Assembly (NCBI GenBank): GCA_964252035.1
Contig: OZ176204.1
Source: Podarcis erhardii
Taxonomy: Eukaryota
Length of the DNA stretch: 64,000 nt
Reading direction: 5' to 3' (one strand)
Below are positions 46,959 to 59,613 of this stretch, in pieces. The position numbers were made by a program, and so were the translations under genes. A model generated the notes under the pieces. It saw nothing but the letters and a program-made list of their open reading frames with translations. It was not told the origin of the DNA and did no database searches. Each line of letters starts with the position of its first letter. Within the stretch, counting starts at the first letter, position 1.

Positions 46959-47920
46959 GGGCATTTAAAAAATACACATATTTTTTAAATTGCAGAAAAT
47001 TGGGGCAGGGGGACAGAAACTGGGAGAAACTGACATTAGCAAATTTGCCTATTCTGGCCTGAAATATAAACTAAAATGCCCTTCACTATATTAAGTTTTG
47101 TGTCATATGGAATAGGTTTGATTCTCATAACAAGAAATAAAAAGATCAACAACTCTATAGCTCCAGGAATGACAGGAGAATATTTTTTTTTAAAAAAAAA
47201 ACTTTGGATGAAAAGGGATTTGGCCCAAGACAGCAAGCAGCTCTTTTGAAAGAGTAATTTAGAGATGACATTGACCAGACCAATGCAACAAAAATGGATT
47301 AATGTATATGTTCCATACATGTACTCTTAAGGCATTCTAATTCTAAAAAAATCTCCAGATGACTTCCCCCACATCCCCCACTAGTGCATTTTACAAAGAA
47401 CTGTTCATTCCCATGTCAAACAACTCTCAAGCTGCCCACTGCCCTGATTCCTTACAAATTACAGAGTTGAATCGTCCAGCCCCATTTTATGTAATCAACT
47501 CTAAAAACTCTGCAGAAGGCACAATCATGGGCATCTTCTAAGGAGGCCTATGTCAAACCTAGTGAAGTTGGATGAAGCTCTGAGTAAAGAAAAATGCCGT
47601 ATCTATCGGGCCCTGCTCTGCTGTAAAACCTAACAAAATATTGTTTCAGCTTCCAAAAATACAGACTTTGAAACCCACACACTACGCAAACGTTTAAACC
47701 CCCGTGGTTTGCTGCAGTAGCAGCAGTAGCCATGCACATGGCTTTCTACAATATCTAAGCACATAGAAACCCTCTCAGTTTTAAAACAGTGGTGCATGGG
47801 ATTTCCCTCCCATCATTTTTTAAAAATTGAAAAGCAGCTGCAGGAAGCTTTAATCTAGAGCAGAAGGAAGGGACCTTTTCTCCTTGGGTCATTCCCCCCA
47901 AGCAGTTTTAGCCTCAAGCC

Positions 47921-47941
47921 GTGTGTGTGTGTGTGTGTGTG
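47921..47941. repeat. (GT)n microsatellite
   Basis: Seen directly in the sequence. Confidence 0.95.
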
Positions 47942-48522
47942 AAGACCTGCATATCCCCGCCCCCAGGATATTTGAGGAAACAATATTGAGCAGAGAAATG
48001 GTCGGCATGCATACATGAATGCCTCTAAAAACATTCCCAGAATGCCCAAACTTCACACCTCTAGACTATACTTGGAGTTTCCTAAACTAATTATGAACTG
48101 ACAACCTTTACTGCCCGAGTATTAATTCAGTATTAATTCAGTATTAATTCACTGTTGAACTGGATACAGATTCTCTTTGCCACCCAGAGGAAAAGGTTGT
48201 TCTGTCTATCAACAGAATGGAAAGATTGATGCAATCCAGATCTCGGCCTTTGCTGGAAAATTATCCAGGTGAAGTGCCAAGGTTGTAGCAAATTAGGGAC
48301 TTATGTATGCAAACCAAAACACATTTTCCTTTAAGATCAGGTGGGAGACAGTTCAGTTCTCACTGAGTTACCAATTGCACTTAATTTTATTTCACACCTC
48401 TGATGCACTCCACCACCAATTTCAGTCTTAGCCAATAAATATAATTATAATATTCTACTGCAGGGCTAGCCAATGTAATGCCTTACAAAATGCTTTGGAT
48501 TCTAACTCACATCAGCCCAGCC

Positions 48523-48606
48523 AGCATGGCCAACGGCAATGGGTGAAGAGAGCTGTACGCCACAAGATCTAGAGGGCACCATGTTTGCTACCCCTGCCCT
48601 ACACTC
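48523..48606. mobile_element. hAT MITE half copy
   Basis: cagcccagccagcatggcc...gagggcaccatgtttgctacccctg. Confidence 0.55.
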
Positions 48607-50583
48607 TCTCCTCTGAATCTGGACATAAGTTACTGGGTGAGTCTTAAGAAATGCAGCACTCACTTCTGTAAACTGTGCAAACTGGCTCACCGAGTGAGGG
48701 TCAAACTACAAGCGACATTATTCCCCTGGCCAACCTGGCCATTTTTATTTCCAGATGCTGATGTTAACCTTCAAAGCAGGCACCAGGACACCTAGGTCCA
48801 GGGGTCAAATAGGGCCACTGGAACATCTCTAGGGCCTCCCCCCTCATCATCCCTGCTCTGCATCCTCCTCAAGTGCCTTTGCCTTGCTGGAATGTATTCT
48901 TAAAACATTTCTTATGCATTTGTATGGATGAAAGCTCCAGTTCCAGCTTGAAGTGGTATAGTCTAGACACAGGTCTGTTATCTCAGTGGGAAGACCAACT
49001 TACCACATTGGAAATGGGGACAGAGAAGTCCAATGCCTTATTTTCACAACAGAGAATTTACAAAAGTAACAAGCCATAAAAGAGAACAGCTCTCACACCT
49101 AACTTTACAAATTCAGCAAGGAGATTAAAATTCGGAAGAAACATACTTTACAAAAGACCATGGAAGACCATTTGACTTGCCGCGAAGAGTAGCAAGTTCT
49201 TTTGACCGGCCCCACATGGGGTGAATGAAATTTTTCATCCAGTCAGGAGAAAGATGCAACATCAATTCCCATTCCACACATTTTCCCATCCATGTATGTT
49301 CAATAAGCGTAAAGAAGGCTGCCCGTTGTGGTAATTGCCTGGGTGATATGGGTACTTAATATGCCAGTGCTGCATTATCAGTCAGGGTTTGCTGACAACT
49401 GGCATGGGAATTAACTTAAGTCATTCAAGCAACCCAAATCATTCTGAGTAAATTTAATGAAGATGTCCCAATCTGGCATCTCAAGCAGTCCATTTATCAC
49501 TCCTAGTGTCACTTATCCCTTATTATTCCTGTGCTGATCTTTACAGGTGTGTAGTGAAAATGCATAAAGAGCAGCACAGGAACAAGGATGGAGAAATGAC
49601 ATATGATACCAATGATAATAAGGAAAAACAAAGCATTACAAGGAGCAATGTTGCAGATTATTCCAAGGGAAAGGCTGACAAAAAGATGAGTCTATAAGCA
49701 AGGACAACACCACTGTCTGTGCAGTGCCGTCCCTACTTTCCCTCCAGCAAGACTAAATGCAAGGAATGGAATGCGAGCATGCAGGACAGCCATCTATTCA
49801 GATGACTATGTGAGTTCCTAGTTGAGATTTTTGGCATAACCTGTCAGTGTTAAAGTACTCTTCTACTCTTCCCTCAAATTCCAAGTTCAGGGGATTTATG
49901 GGTTAGCAGTGTAGGTGTAGGTGATAAAAAGTGGATGTCATGAGAGCCAAGAAAGCTTGCAAAACAATAGACCTGACTGATGAAATCTGGGTGGGTGTGA
50001 AGGCAAGAAATGTTTTCCTGAGGAAGAGAGAAACTAGGTATGCAAGGCCACTGAAAACAATGCCCCGTTGGTGCCAAAAGGTCCAATACCAGCCTTGTAC
50101 CGGTGGAGGAAATTCCAGGTGGAAAAACCACACAGCCGTCTTTGGCATGGCAAAACCTGTGCCTTTGTCACAGCTGTCACAGAAGTCAGTAAGTTCAGGC
50201 AGTTAATGGATTATGTCAGCCAGCAAACAGAAACTGTGAGTCACTGGGCAACATCTATCAACTAACCCTTTGGAAGCTCAGCATCATAAATGTGCGTAGG
50301 AATTCAACAGAAGGTAAGAGAAGATTTTACAAGTCTTTACAATGTTAACGGAGATAGAAGCTGCCTTGAAACATTCTGCATGAGCCAGAATTCAGAGGTG
50401 GAACCTTTTCTGGAACAAGGAAAGTCTGGACTATGGCCCTTGAGGAATGCACTTTGTTACAATGCACAATTTTGTATTTGGTTAACTGCACCAAATCCAT
50501 CCACAATAGGGTTTCCGGTTCTGGTCTGCTTCCAAAGCTAGTCCTTCTCCAAGTAGACTCACTGAAGTTAATGGACATGACTT

Positions 50584-50764
50584 GTTGTTTAGTCGTTTAG
50601 TTGTGTCCGACTCTTCGTGACCCCATGGACCAGAGCACGCCAGGCACTCCTGTCTTCCACTGCCTCCTGCAGTTTGGTCAAACGCATGCTGGTAGCTTCG
50701 AGAACACTGTCCAACCATCTCTTCCTCTGTCGTCCCCTTCTACTTGTGCCCTCCATCTTTCCCA
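50584..50764 (-). mobile_element. RTE-BovB LINE, 5'-truncated 3' end
   Basis: gtcgtttagttgtgtccgactcttcgtgaccccatggaccagagcacgccaggc...ccaaccatctc...cgtccccttct is the BovB 3' end. It has a 9-bp TSD acatgactt (50575-50583 and 50765-50773). Confidence 0.9.
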
Positions 50765-51410
50765 ACATGACTTACCTAGGCCTGTTAATTTTAATAGGTT
50801 TACTCTGAGTAGAATTTAGTTGTCTACAATCCAAAGGCTGCATTACCTTCCCTACATAGCGCGGCGTTTTTACAGAAAATAGGACAGAGCAAGGCAACTG
50901 TGACTCACTTGCTATGTATGCAGTGCTATTTTAGCTGTTACCAAGTGGACTGTTTGCCCTATTGCCTCTAAAGTTGATCCACTAAATTGGGCTAACAGAT
51001 GGGAGATGTCCAGAGTGATATAAACTGGCTACAGTACAAAGAATAAGCAACACATCCAATCACTCCTCTAATGTCTTGATACGGTCCTCTGGTTATCTCT
51101 AGACTGATCAAGGAATAGGAGGAACAAGCAGAGAATTAGGCTGAATAATTTCTGATACCTTGTTTTGTTAAATGCAATTTTAAATTTTATTTCTTTTGCT
51201 TCCTTTCTTCTCCAAACTCTTTAATTACTTAAACTGGACAGTGAGCTCACCAGGAAACAGGAATGTGCATGGGTTCTGGGTTTATTGGAGGGTGTGTGTA
51301 TGCAGGTTTGACCTATCTTTAATGAAATACAGTAGACTATAAATAAAACAATACTGAAGTGGAGAGAGTGCATTAATTTGCTTTGTAAAACACAATTGGT
51401 TTTGACATCA

Positions 51411-51666
51411 CATGGAAGACAGGGCAAGCTTGTTTTCTGCAGCTCCAGATGGCAGGACCTGAACCAATGGATTTAAATGACAAGAATTCCAACTAAACTT
51501 TATGAAGACCTTTCTGAAAAGCTGTTTGACAGTGGAACAGACTATATTGGAAGATAGTGGACTCTCCTTCATTGGAGGTTTCTCAACAGGTTGAATGGTC
51601 ATCTGTCAGGGATTCTGTAAATGTGATTGCCTTCCAATTCTACAACTCTTATTATCTGATTCTATG
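51411..51666 (+). mobile_element. CR1 LINE 3' fragment
   Basis: gcaagcttgttttctgcagctccaga...gtggactctccttcattggaggttt...ccttccaattctac...gattctatg. Confidence 0.85.
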
Positions 51667-52269
51667 GATTTCTTATGAGTTTGGGATCCAGAGTGGCAAG
51701 GATGCTGTTCTTGAACTGACCTGTTCTTGAATTATACCATTTAAAGCAGACCATATTGCAGTTAATTCCTGACATTTCTCTTAATCATATGAAAAGCAGG
51801 AGCAGGGCATTTGCTGCAGAAAGGGTAAGTGGTATAAGGAGGGGGAAAGCATATATTCCTAAGACTGTTCCCCACTTTTTTTTAAAAAAGCAGTAAATTG
51901 AGAGGTAGCATTATGACCTCACTGCCTGGCCCTCTGAATGCTTTGCACTGTGCTCAGCTTCACTCCTTAGAACAAAACCCATTATGTTAAAACACACAAA
52001 CAAATAAATAAACTCAGTTGTTATTATATCTGAGATTTTACTTGTTGATAGGGGTACTTGTTGAAACTTGGGGTACCCTCTAGTCCTATAATTCTATGAG
52101 TCCTATAATTCTCCAGTCCTATAATTCTGTACAGAGCTGCAGAACTTATTTCTTTCCCAATTTTATTTCATTAAAAACACACACAAAGAACTGAACAAAT
52201 TTGGTATATGTGTGTATAATCTCCAAACAATTTAAATAGCTTAAAACAATAATTCAAGATATAACAAGA

Positions 52270-52560
52270 GGACTTCCGGGGAGGAATGATGGCAGAGTAG
52301 TTATCGACTGTCGGCAAAGATAATTATGTGGTGACTGAAGATAAAGATATATATAATGCTTACTAAAACTTTCTTTTGCGTTAAGGGAGGTCAGGGATCA
52401 ACCTCACCTGCTCGGAAGAAGGCATTCATCACAACAGAGACAAGGAGGTTTTTGGTTGCGGAGGAATATCTTGAGCAAGTTACCTTCATTGGGCCCATGC
52501 ACCTCCTTCTTTTAATTATTTTTGAGACTAGAAGCAAGTACAAATTGGATTTTTTATCTG
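52270..52560 (+). mobile_element. Possible L1-like 5' end remnant
   Basis: Starts ggacttccgg...atggc after an A-rich site, resembling the 5' starts of non-mammalian L1 elements. No ORF or 3' end was found. Confidence 0.3.
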
Positions 52561-53008
52561 CCAGTTAATTAGCACTCAGAAAACTAATGGACTGCTGGAG
52601 GACGAAAAAGCACCAATTAATAGACTAAAAATAAACCAAAAGGCTTATCTCAATTACTGGTAACTACAAAATATTGCATTATCCTAGAGGCTCAAGGCAT
52701 GTTAAAGCTCCCTCTCCCTCTCCCTCTCTCTCTGTACACTCTGAAGCACCTGCTATGTGATGCCTTTATCCCATTAGGGCCTAAAGGTGAAGTCAGCAGA
52801 TCCACTCCTTGTGGTTGAGTTTAAAACCACTCATTTGGGAAAGGGACAGTTCTGAATCACTCAGTTCTGTAAACTAGACTAGCTTTACTGCAATTCTTTG
52901 AAGACTCGAATTGGTTACTGCGATGTGAAGCACAAAGGTGAACTGTTAAGAACCCACTAGTAAGGAAGATGGCCCATTGGCCCACTTAGGATTCAGGATT
53001 GCCTACAG

Positions 53009-53146
53009 CAGGGATGAGGAACCTGCAGCCCTTCTGATGTTGCTGGATTACACCTCCCATCATCCCTGGTCATGGACTATGCTGGTTAGAGCCAATGAGA
53101 GTTGGAGTCCAACAACCTCGGAAGGGCCATAGATACTCTACCTCAT
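53009..53146. mobile_element. hAT MITE, degenerate
   Basis: cagggatgaggaacctg...gatgttgctggattacacctcccatcatccctg. Confidence 0.7.
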
Positions 53147-53147
53147 T

Positions 53148-53272
53148 CTACACTGACTGGCAGTGGCTCTCCAGGATTTCAGAAAGCTGTTTCTCCCAGT
53201 CCGACCTTGAGATACAAGAGATTGAATCTGGGACTTTCTGCATGCAAAGATGATGCTCTGACTTATAGCCCA
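53148..53272 (-). mobile_element. tRNA-headed SINE with a CR1-like tail (Squam2-like), partial
   Basis: On the - strand: gagcatcatctttgcatgcagaaagtcccagattcaatc...ctggagagccactgccagtcagtgtag. Confidence 0.7.
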
Positions 53273-53587
53273 TCTTAAAGTCAGCTTGGTCTCCGATGTA
53301 AGGCCAGGCCAGAAATTTGTTGTTATTAATTTGCATTAATTTCACATTTTTGTGCTAGTATTTCGTTGCTCTCCATTTCGGAGCTATTCTGGGCTCACCT
53401 CTTAAAGAGGTAATACACAACAAGACCCTTCTGAAAAATCTGTCTTATTTTCTTGAACAACTTGCTATCAACTGCAAATATTCATTCGGCACTACTTTCT
53501 CTCTCATTTCTAGGTCATTAGTGCATTTTAAAGATGGAACAGAGCCTTGGAGAATCCCACTATTTAGTTATTTCCACTGTACAGACT

Positions 53588-53835
53588 GCCCATTTATGCT
53601 TACCATCTGTTGCCTAATCTCTTAACCAGCTGCTAATCCACTAAAGGGCATTTCCTTTGATGCCAGGGCAATTTCTCATTTTTAGAGAGTCTTTGATGAG
53701 GGCCCTTGTAAAAGACTGTATCAACTCTATCTCCATTATCCACATGTTTGTGACATCCTTTGGTGAGATTTGCAAGGCATGGCTTCCCTTTCCAAAATCT
53801 TTGCTGACTCTGCCTTAATATACAGTGTTTATCCT
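53588..53835 (-). mobile_element. CR1 reverse-transcriptase internal fragment
   Basis: QQRFWKGKPCLANL...KHVDNGDRVD...PHQRL resembles the CR1 RT motif QHGF-x-KGKSCLTNL...DKVPHQRL. Confidence 0.8.
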
Positions 53836-54375
53836 TGCAGTTAATCAATCTGTTTGCAAATACAATTCCAGCTTATTGGTCCAACACAATACTGTTAGAA
53901 AGTAAATAGGAAGCAGCATGGCCCAAACTGTACTTGGTCTAGCTTTGGTACATGTTCCTCTCCCCCACCCCCACCCCCGGCATTTGTCAATGATTTCTTT
54001 TGATCTTTTGGTGGGGGTGTGTGTCTGGATAATAAACTATTTGGTATCTGACAGGGAGAAATTCAACAAATGGATATTTTCTAAGTCTGTACTTACAGAA
54101 CCATACTAGCATATTATACCAATAGTGTAGGTCAACAGTCAATAGTGTGATACTGGATTTCTGACTCACACAAGAAACATCCCTTGTATGTCCTTTGTTT
54201 ATTAACAACAGTAGTAAACCTCTCTCTCTAATTTCAAAACAGGTGTACTGGTGTGCTATGCAATTTTGTTGTGTGGCCCACTTGTAAAACAAACATGGAA
54301 TTCTTCTTTTTTAATAATCCAAACACTTATGTTTAGGTCTCTCAATTCGGTACCTCTGAGAATGCCTGAAATCGT

Positions 54376-54377
<2 letters not shown>

Positions 54378-54409
<32 letters not shown>
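54378..54409. repeat. (GT)n microsatellite
   Basis: Seen directly in the sequence. Confidence 0.95.
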
Positions 54410-54410
<1 letters not shown>

Positions 54411-55187
54411 ACACAATAATAAGGGGAAAGTGTATAAGGCATTGATTGTGAAAAGAGAAATCATGTGAAATCTGCAGCTGGCCTTCCAACATTTGCATTT
54501 CTGTCCAGACCACATCGTTTGGTTAAATGGCTAACCTGAAAATGAGGGGTTTCAGTGGAAATGCTGACAGATCCTAAACTTTTGTGGCACAGGAACCCTC
54601 AAGGCCACTTTGAACTAAGGTCAGGTTTGGAAGGAAAATGAAAGTCAGGGGTGGCTAGACACAAATATAACATTACAGGCTCCCCTCAGCCCTGCCTGGC
54701 ATCTACTGTTGTATACAATAACAGCTAGTAAGGTTGATAGTAGCCTCTAGTGGTGAACAGTTCTGGAATTTGGCCTACAAACATACTAGCTTCTGCTTTT
54801 CCATTAACAGCTCACGTTTGTCTGAAATGCTCCACCCCAGTTCACAACTTTCTCTTGCTTAATGCACAGGTTGATTACCTGCCTGAGCCTTAGGAACTCC
54901 TTGGGTCTGCTCTCTCCCACCACAGCATTTTCTTCTTGAAAACTAAATGGGCTTATGTACATCATTGCCAAACTACAGTAAGACCCATCATGACGTTGCC
55001 ACAAGGTAGGGAGAGAACAGGTAGGGGGAAATTAAGTCACTTTCTGACAAATCAAGGCAATGCTGAATCTGGGAACAGATTTATTCATTCCATTCTCTCC
55101 CCCCCCCCCCCAGTAGTGTACTCACATGCATTATTTTGCCTAATGCAAAGGTGGAAACATTTTGGCAAGTGCGCCATACACTAAATT

Positions 55188-55275
55188 AGGCTGGGCTCCT
55201 ATGCACATGTAGCTTACAGAACAACCGCCCCCTTGAGCACAATGGGCCTTACTTCTGAAAAAATATGCTTAGAAA
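55188..55275. repeat. Squamate palindromic interspersed repeat, degenerate
   Basis: ggctgggctcctatgcacat...aatgggccttacttctg...atatgcttag. Confidence 0.5.
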
Positions 55276-56470
55276 TGTACTGTTAGTGTGTGTGCTACAG
55301 TGCACATACTTGCACACCTTACTTTTGGGGTGGTTTTTATTTCTGGTATACTGAATGGAGGACCAGTCTGTAGCGTAAAGCTGGAAAGGAGAATATACCT
55401 GACTATGATAAACAGACCCATGGAGCACTTTGCTTCTGTCAAGGTTGTCAAGGTGTGCCACAAACCCCTGCTACTTGTGTCACGAGTTATAGTCTTCTGT
55501 CCTACTCCTTGCAGGTAAAAAATAACATATGTGGACCTACCAGATAGTGACTGAAAACCCTTCTTTACCTTGGCAGTTCCAGACAGACATCAAAACAAGG
55601 TGGGCCTTCATACGTGACAAAGTTTAGGCTTGGTGGCATTCATTGTTCAGCTTGACCAAGACAATCTACCAAACTACTCAAGCTAACCGAGCGGCGTGGG
55701 GGGGGGGGGAGACATTTTGAGTAGATAGGAAACTGTAGCCTTACAGATAACCCGCAAGAAGGGAAAGATTAAGTGTTCATAAAAGTGTCTCTCTCCAAAA
55801 GCTTTATTCAAAGCATCTCTCTTCAGAGGGTTAAATGGCTTCTGCAAGGTCAAATTCTTTACTTCTTTCATTGACTTCTATTGACTATTGCCCTTATTTT
55901 CCATTATTAAAATGAAATCTTCATTGAAAACACTTGGCCTTGGAACATGAAATCAAACAATTTGAGCTGGCTCCCAGACAACCTCAGACTGCTGATATTG
56001 TAAAGTAACCATTGGCAAAGCGCAGAACTGAAAGAATGAGAATAATGAACTCATTCAGAACAGCCGAGTAGGTCAAAAAGAGTTAGAACGTGCAAGGAGA
56101 CTTGCAAACCCGAGAAAGCTGCTGGGAAGCAATACTTTGAGCACAGATACGAAGGGTGTAAATGTGTAGTGACTCTGGGGACGTCAGTGCAGTGGGGCTG
56201 TAATGAAGCCAGACTAAACAGAGGCCAGGATCTGGCCTAAGTATGGATTAGAAGATTTAAAAATGTTCTAGTGGAATGAAATAATGGCACAGTCCATATA
56301 AAAAGAAGAAAATAATGGGAATCAGCAGGAATTCAATTGTTTCTTTAGATGCAGGATAAATAAACAATTCTGTTATTAAGCAACCTTGACAGAGAAAGAC
56401 AGAATTATCAACTGAATCCAGTCTCTCTGATTAACAGTTATAGACGAGGCAAGCCTTGGGGTAATATTAC

Positions 56471-56472
<2 letters not shown>

Positions 56473-56514
<42 letters not shown>
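56473..56514. repeat. (AC)n microsatellite
   Basis: Seen directly in the sequence. Confidence 0.95.
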
Positions 56515-56516
<2 letters not shown>

Positions 56517-56908
56517 ACTTCACCATTGCTTCTTATAAATCCTTCTCACATAAATTAACTGGCCTCCAGATTTCAATGTCTCAATGTGCACTTGACAAAG
56601 GCATATTACTTATAGGGATCTGCACAGCGACTGACTGTAACATTTTCTTATTTGGAAATCAGGAAGAGCCACATGACTGTGGACGCACTAAAGATATTCC
56701 ATTACTAAACGATTCTTGCCTGTTAAAAGTTGTCGTATAGAATGTGCAGACTGGACAAACCATTATATTCTTCATCTGGGAATGGGCTGTTCTCCTGAAT
56801 GCATGGACTGCTTCCAAGTAGCTGATGTAGCTTGTGGAGCATATGCTAGGTAGATTTCAATCTCAGTAGGACACAGAACTGTGTGTATTCTGAACTACTG
56901 AGTGTGAA

Positions 56909-56910
<2 letters not shown>

Positions 56911-56941
<31 letters not shown>
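56911..56941. repeat. (TG)n microsatellite
   Basis: Seen directly in the sequence. Confidence 0.95.
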
Positions 56942-56943
<2 letters not shown>

Positions 56944-58431
56944 ACACAGAGACTGCCAGGTTACTTGGAGAGTTAGCTAGATGAAAGAGTAGGGATGTAG
57001 GTGTTTAGCAGACAAAAAAATTGTGTCGAGACCCTTATCTTACATGAATCTGGCTTACTGCCTTTTGGATACTATAACTAGGACACCATTTTGTAATCAT
57101 ACAATTTTTTAAGAGTCTCAAAATGGACTGCATATAAGCATTGTCACCAGCCACCTGCTTATCAATTGTTTTCTATTTTACATGTCCTTAAATGAGACTT
57201 GAGAGTTTCCAAGTTTGACCAATCTATGGCCAGGTTTATGGGAACGTGAAGAAAGCATGCAAGTGTGATTTACAAGTCCCCTTTCCTATTACACAAAATC
57301 CTGCAAAAGATTTTAAGCATACCTAATAATGTTTTTCTTCCTTATCCCTCTGTTGTTGTTTTTTTTAAAAAAAACCCTGCAGTTGAAAAGCACAGGTCCT
57401 AAAAAGGGAGACTGCTGTGCTTTGCTTTGTTTTTTAAATCAGACGGCAATGATGAATACAACATGAAAACCTTTAATAGTTCTCATTAAAGGCATTGGTG
57501 GAGAAAAGACTTGATTAATGAACAGTACGCCATGGTTATAAATAAGCTGCACTTTGCTTGTAACACAGCTGGTCAAGAAAATTAATGTTTTGTTTTCCGT
57601 AACCTTTGTACTCTCCCTTCCTCTGCTACTATGGCAAAGCTTAATACATATTAAGTTGATCTTTCTCAGAAAAAGACAACACAACCTTGCCCAGATTTCA
57701 GATAGAAAGAAAGCAGACAACAAGAATTCATAGGCATTTGTTTTTGCCAAAGTTGAAAGCCACATCCTCTCTGTGTACTAGTGAATCTCCCCATTTCAGA
57801 AATTAACTTACTGCCCAGATTTCTTTGTGTCAGCAAAGGACCTTCTGCAAAATATACCAGAAAAGTATACTTAAATATATATTTAGCACCGAAACCATTC
57901 AGAAACCCATTCATCAGTAGGCTAAAAATAATCTAAGAACTGTTGCTTCACCAAATAGTTGGTCTGCATCCCCCCTCCACTGCTTCTATTACATTACCTA
58001 ATCCTAAACCATCTCACTCGCCCAGTTGAATAGTATTCCCATCATAACAATAACTTTCTGCACAAGGTGTGCCCTGTTCGATTCAACTAAGGAGAGGGGA
58101 CACAGAAATTATACTTAAACCGAGGTAAAGAAAAATGTATTTGCCAAATGTGCAGTTTGGAGGAATATTATTCTTGCCTATGAAAGGAACAAAATCTGAT
58201 GGGTCTGCAGCCAACTATTGTATGATTCTATTGTTGACCGAGCTGCTTCATACAGAGGTCAGCTGAGGGGTGGAACAGTCCTTGCAGCAAAGGAGAAGAG
58301 GGCAACAGAGCACAGGAGAAAGCAGTAAAGAGGCACGGCAACACAAAGGTTGCAATTAACTAGCGTGTTAGGAGCTTTCTAAGAAAAGAAGAAGGACCCC
58401 AAACCCAATAGAAAATATTTAATACAGAACT

Positions 58432-58679
58432 AAGAAGAAGAAGAAGAGTTTGGATTTGATATCCCGCCTTTCACTCCCTTTAAGGAGTCTCAAAGCAGCT
58501 AACATTCTCCTTTCCCTTCCTCCCCCACAACAAACACTCTGTGAGGTGAGTGGGGCTGAGAAACTTCAAAGAATTGTGACTAGATCAAGGTCACCCAGCA
58601 GCTGCATGTGGAGGAGCGGAGACGCGAACCCGGTTCCCCAGATTACGAGACTACCGCTCTTAACCACTACACCACACTG
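58432..58679 (-). mobile_element. Young tRNA-derived SINE, MIR/Ther1-derived Squam3-like, with a (CTT)n tail
   Basis: On the - strand: cagtgtggtgtagtggttaagagcgg...ccgggttcgcgtctcc (A and B boxes), core gctgggtgacc, CpGs intact, and a cttcttctt tail. Confidence 0.88.
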
Positions 58680-58838
58680 ACTAATAACTGAAGTTTTTTA
58701 AAACCTACTATCCAAGGAGTAACATCATTCACATTGGTAAAAAGTATGGATATTTTCTTCCTGGTGGACACAAAAAATAACTATCATTTCCATAGTGCAC
58801 CCAAGTTCTCAAACAGTGGGCCTAAAAACAGTTTAAGC

Positions 58839-59024
58839 CAGGGGTTGTCAACCTGGTCCCTACCAGCCACTAGTGGGCGTTTCAGGATTCTAGGTGGGCG
58901 GTACGGGGTTCTACAGCACAAGCTGAATCCTCCTTCCATCAAGCACTGGTGGGCTGTAAGGAAATTTTACAATCAAGAAAGATGCATTAGTGGGCAGTAG
59001 GTATAAAAAGGTTGACTACCTCTG
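58839..59024. mobile_element. hAT MITE
   Basis: caggggttgtcaacct / aggttgactacctctg, with TSD gtttaagc/atttaagc (7/8). Confidence 0.85.
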
Positions 59025-59212
59025 ATTTAAGCAGTTAGGTATGTATAAAAACTTCTGGAACTAAGGATCTGACACTGCAGTGGCAGTTTGGTAGGAGAAA
59101 GACAAGTCTCAAATAAACTGGGAAGTCTGTGACTGTTGGCAATAATCAGTGGTAGGGGAGGGGGAAGATAGTATTTTGGCATTAGAATGATTGAAAAGGC
59201 ATCTCACAAAAG

Positions 59213-59256
59213 AAGAAGGAAGGAAGGAAGGAAGGAAGGAAGGAAGGAAGGAAGGA
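59213..59256. repeat. (GGAA)n microsatellite
   Basis: Seen directly in the sequence. Confidence 0.95.
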
Positions 59257-59439
59257 TTCGGGGACGACGACAGACGACCAAGGATTGAGGACTCGTGGAT
59301 CCAACCATGGCAAACATGCACAAGTCCCCCGTTCACGTGGCATAAAGGAAGCATAAAAAGACAAACCATTAGCCATTTTAAGATCCTTTGATAAGGCTTG
59401 GTTGTAATGTTATGTAGGACTGCTTCATTGTAGTTTAAG

Positions 59440-59613
59440 CAGTGTGGTGTAGTGGTTAGTGTAGGACTAAGATTCAGGAGACTCAAATCTCCACTGAGCC
59501 ATGAAGCTATTTACTATCTCTCAGCCTAATCTTCCTCATAGGTTTGTTGTGAGGCTAAAACAGGGGAACCTTGAGCTCTCTAGGATAAGGGCGGGATATA
59601 AATGCATTAAATA
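59440..59613 (+). mobile_element. Older Squam3/MIR-like SINE with deletions
   Basis: cagtgtggtgtagtggttagtg...ctctcagcct...gggcgggatataaat. Confidence 0.7.

Noticed and set aside
48117-52128. Short tandem triplications (agtattaattc x3 at ~48118; agtcctataattct x3 at ~52082)
   Set aside because: They look like ordinary replication-slippage micro-duplications with no spacer or higher-order structure.
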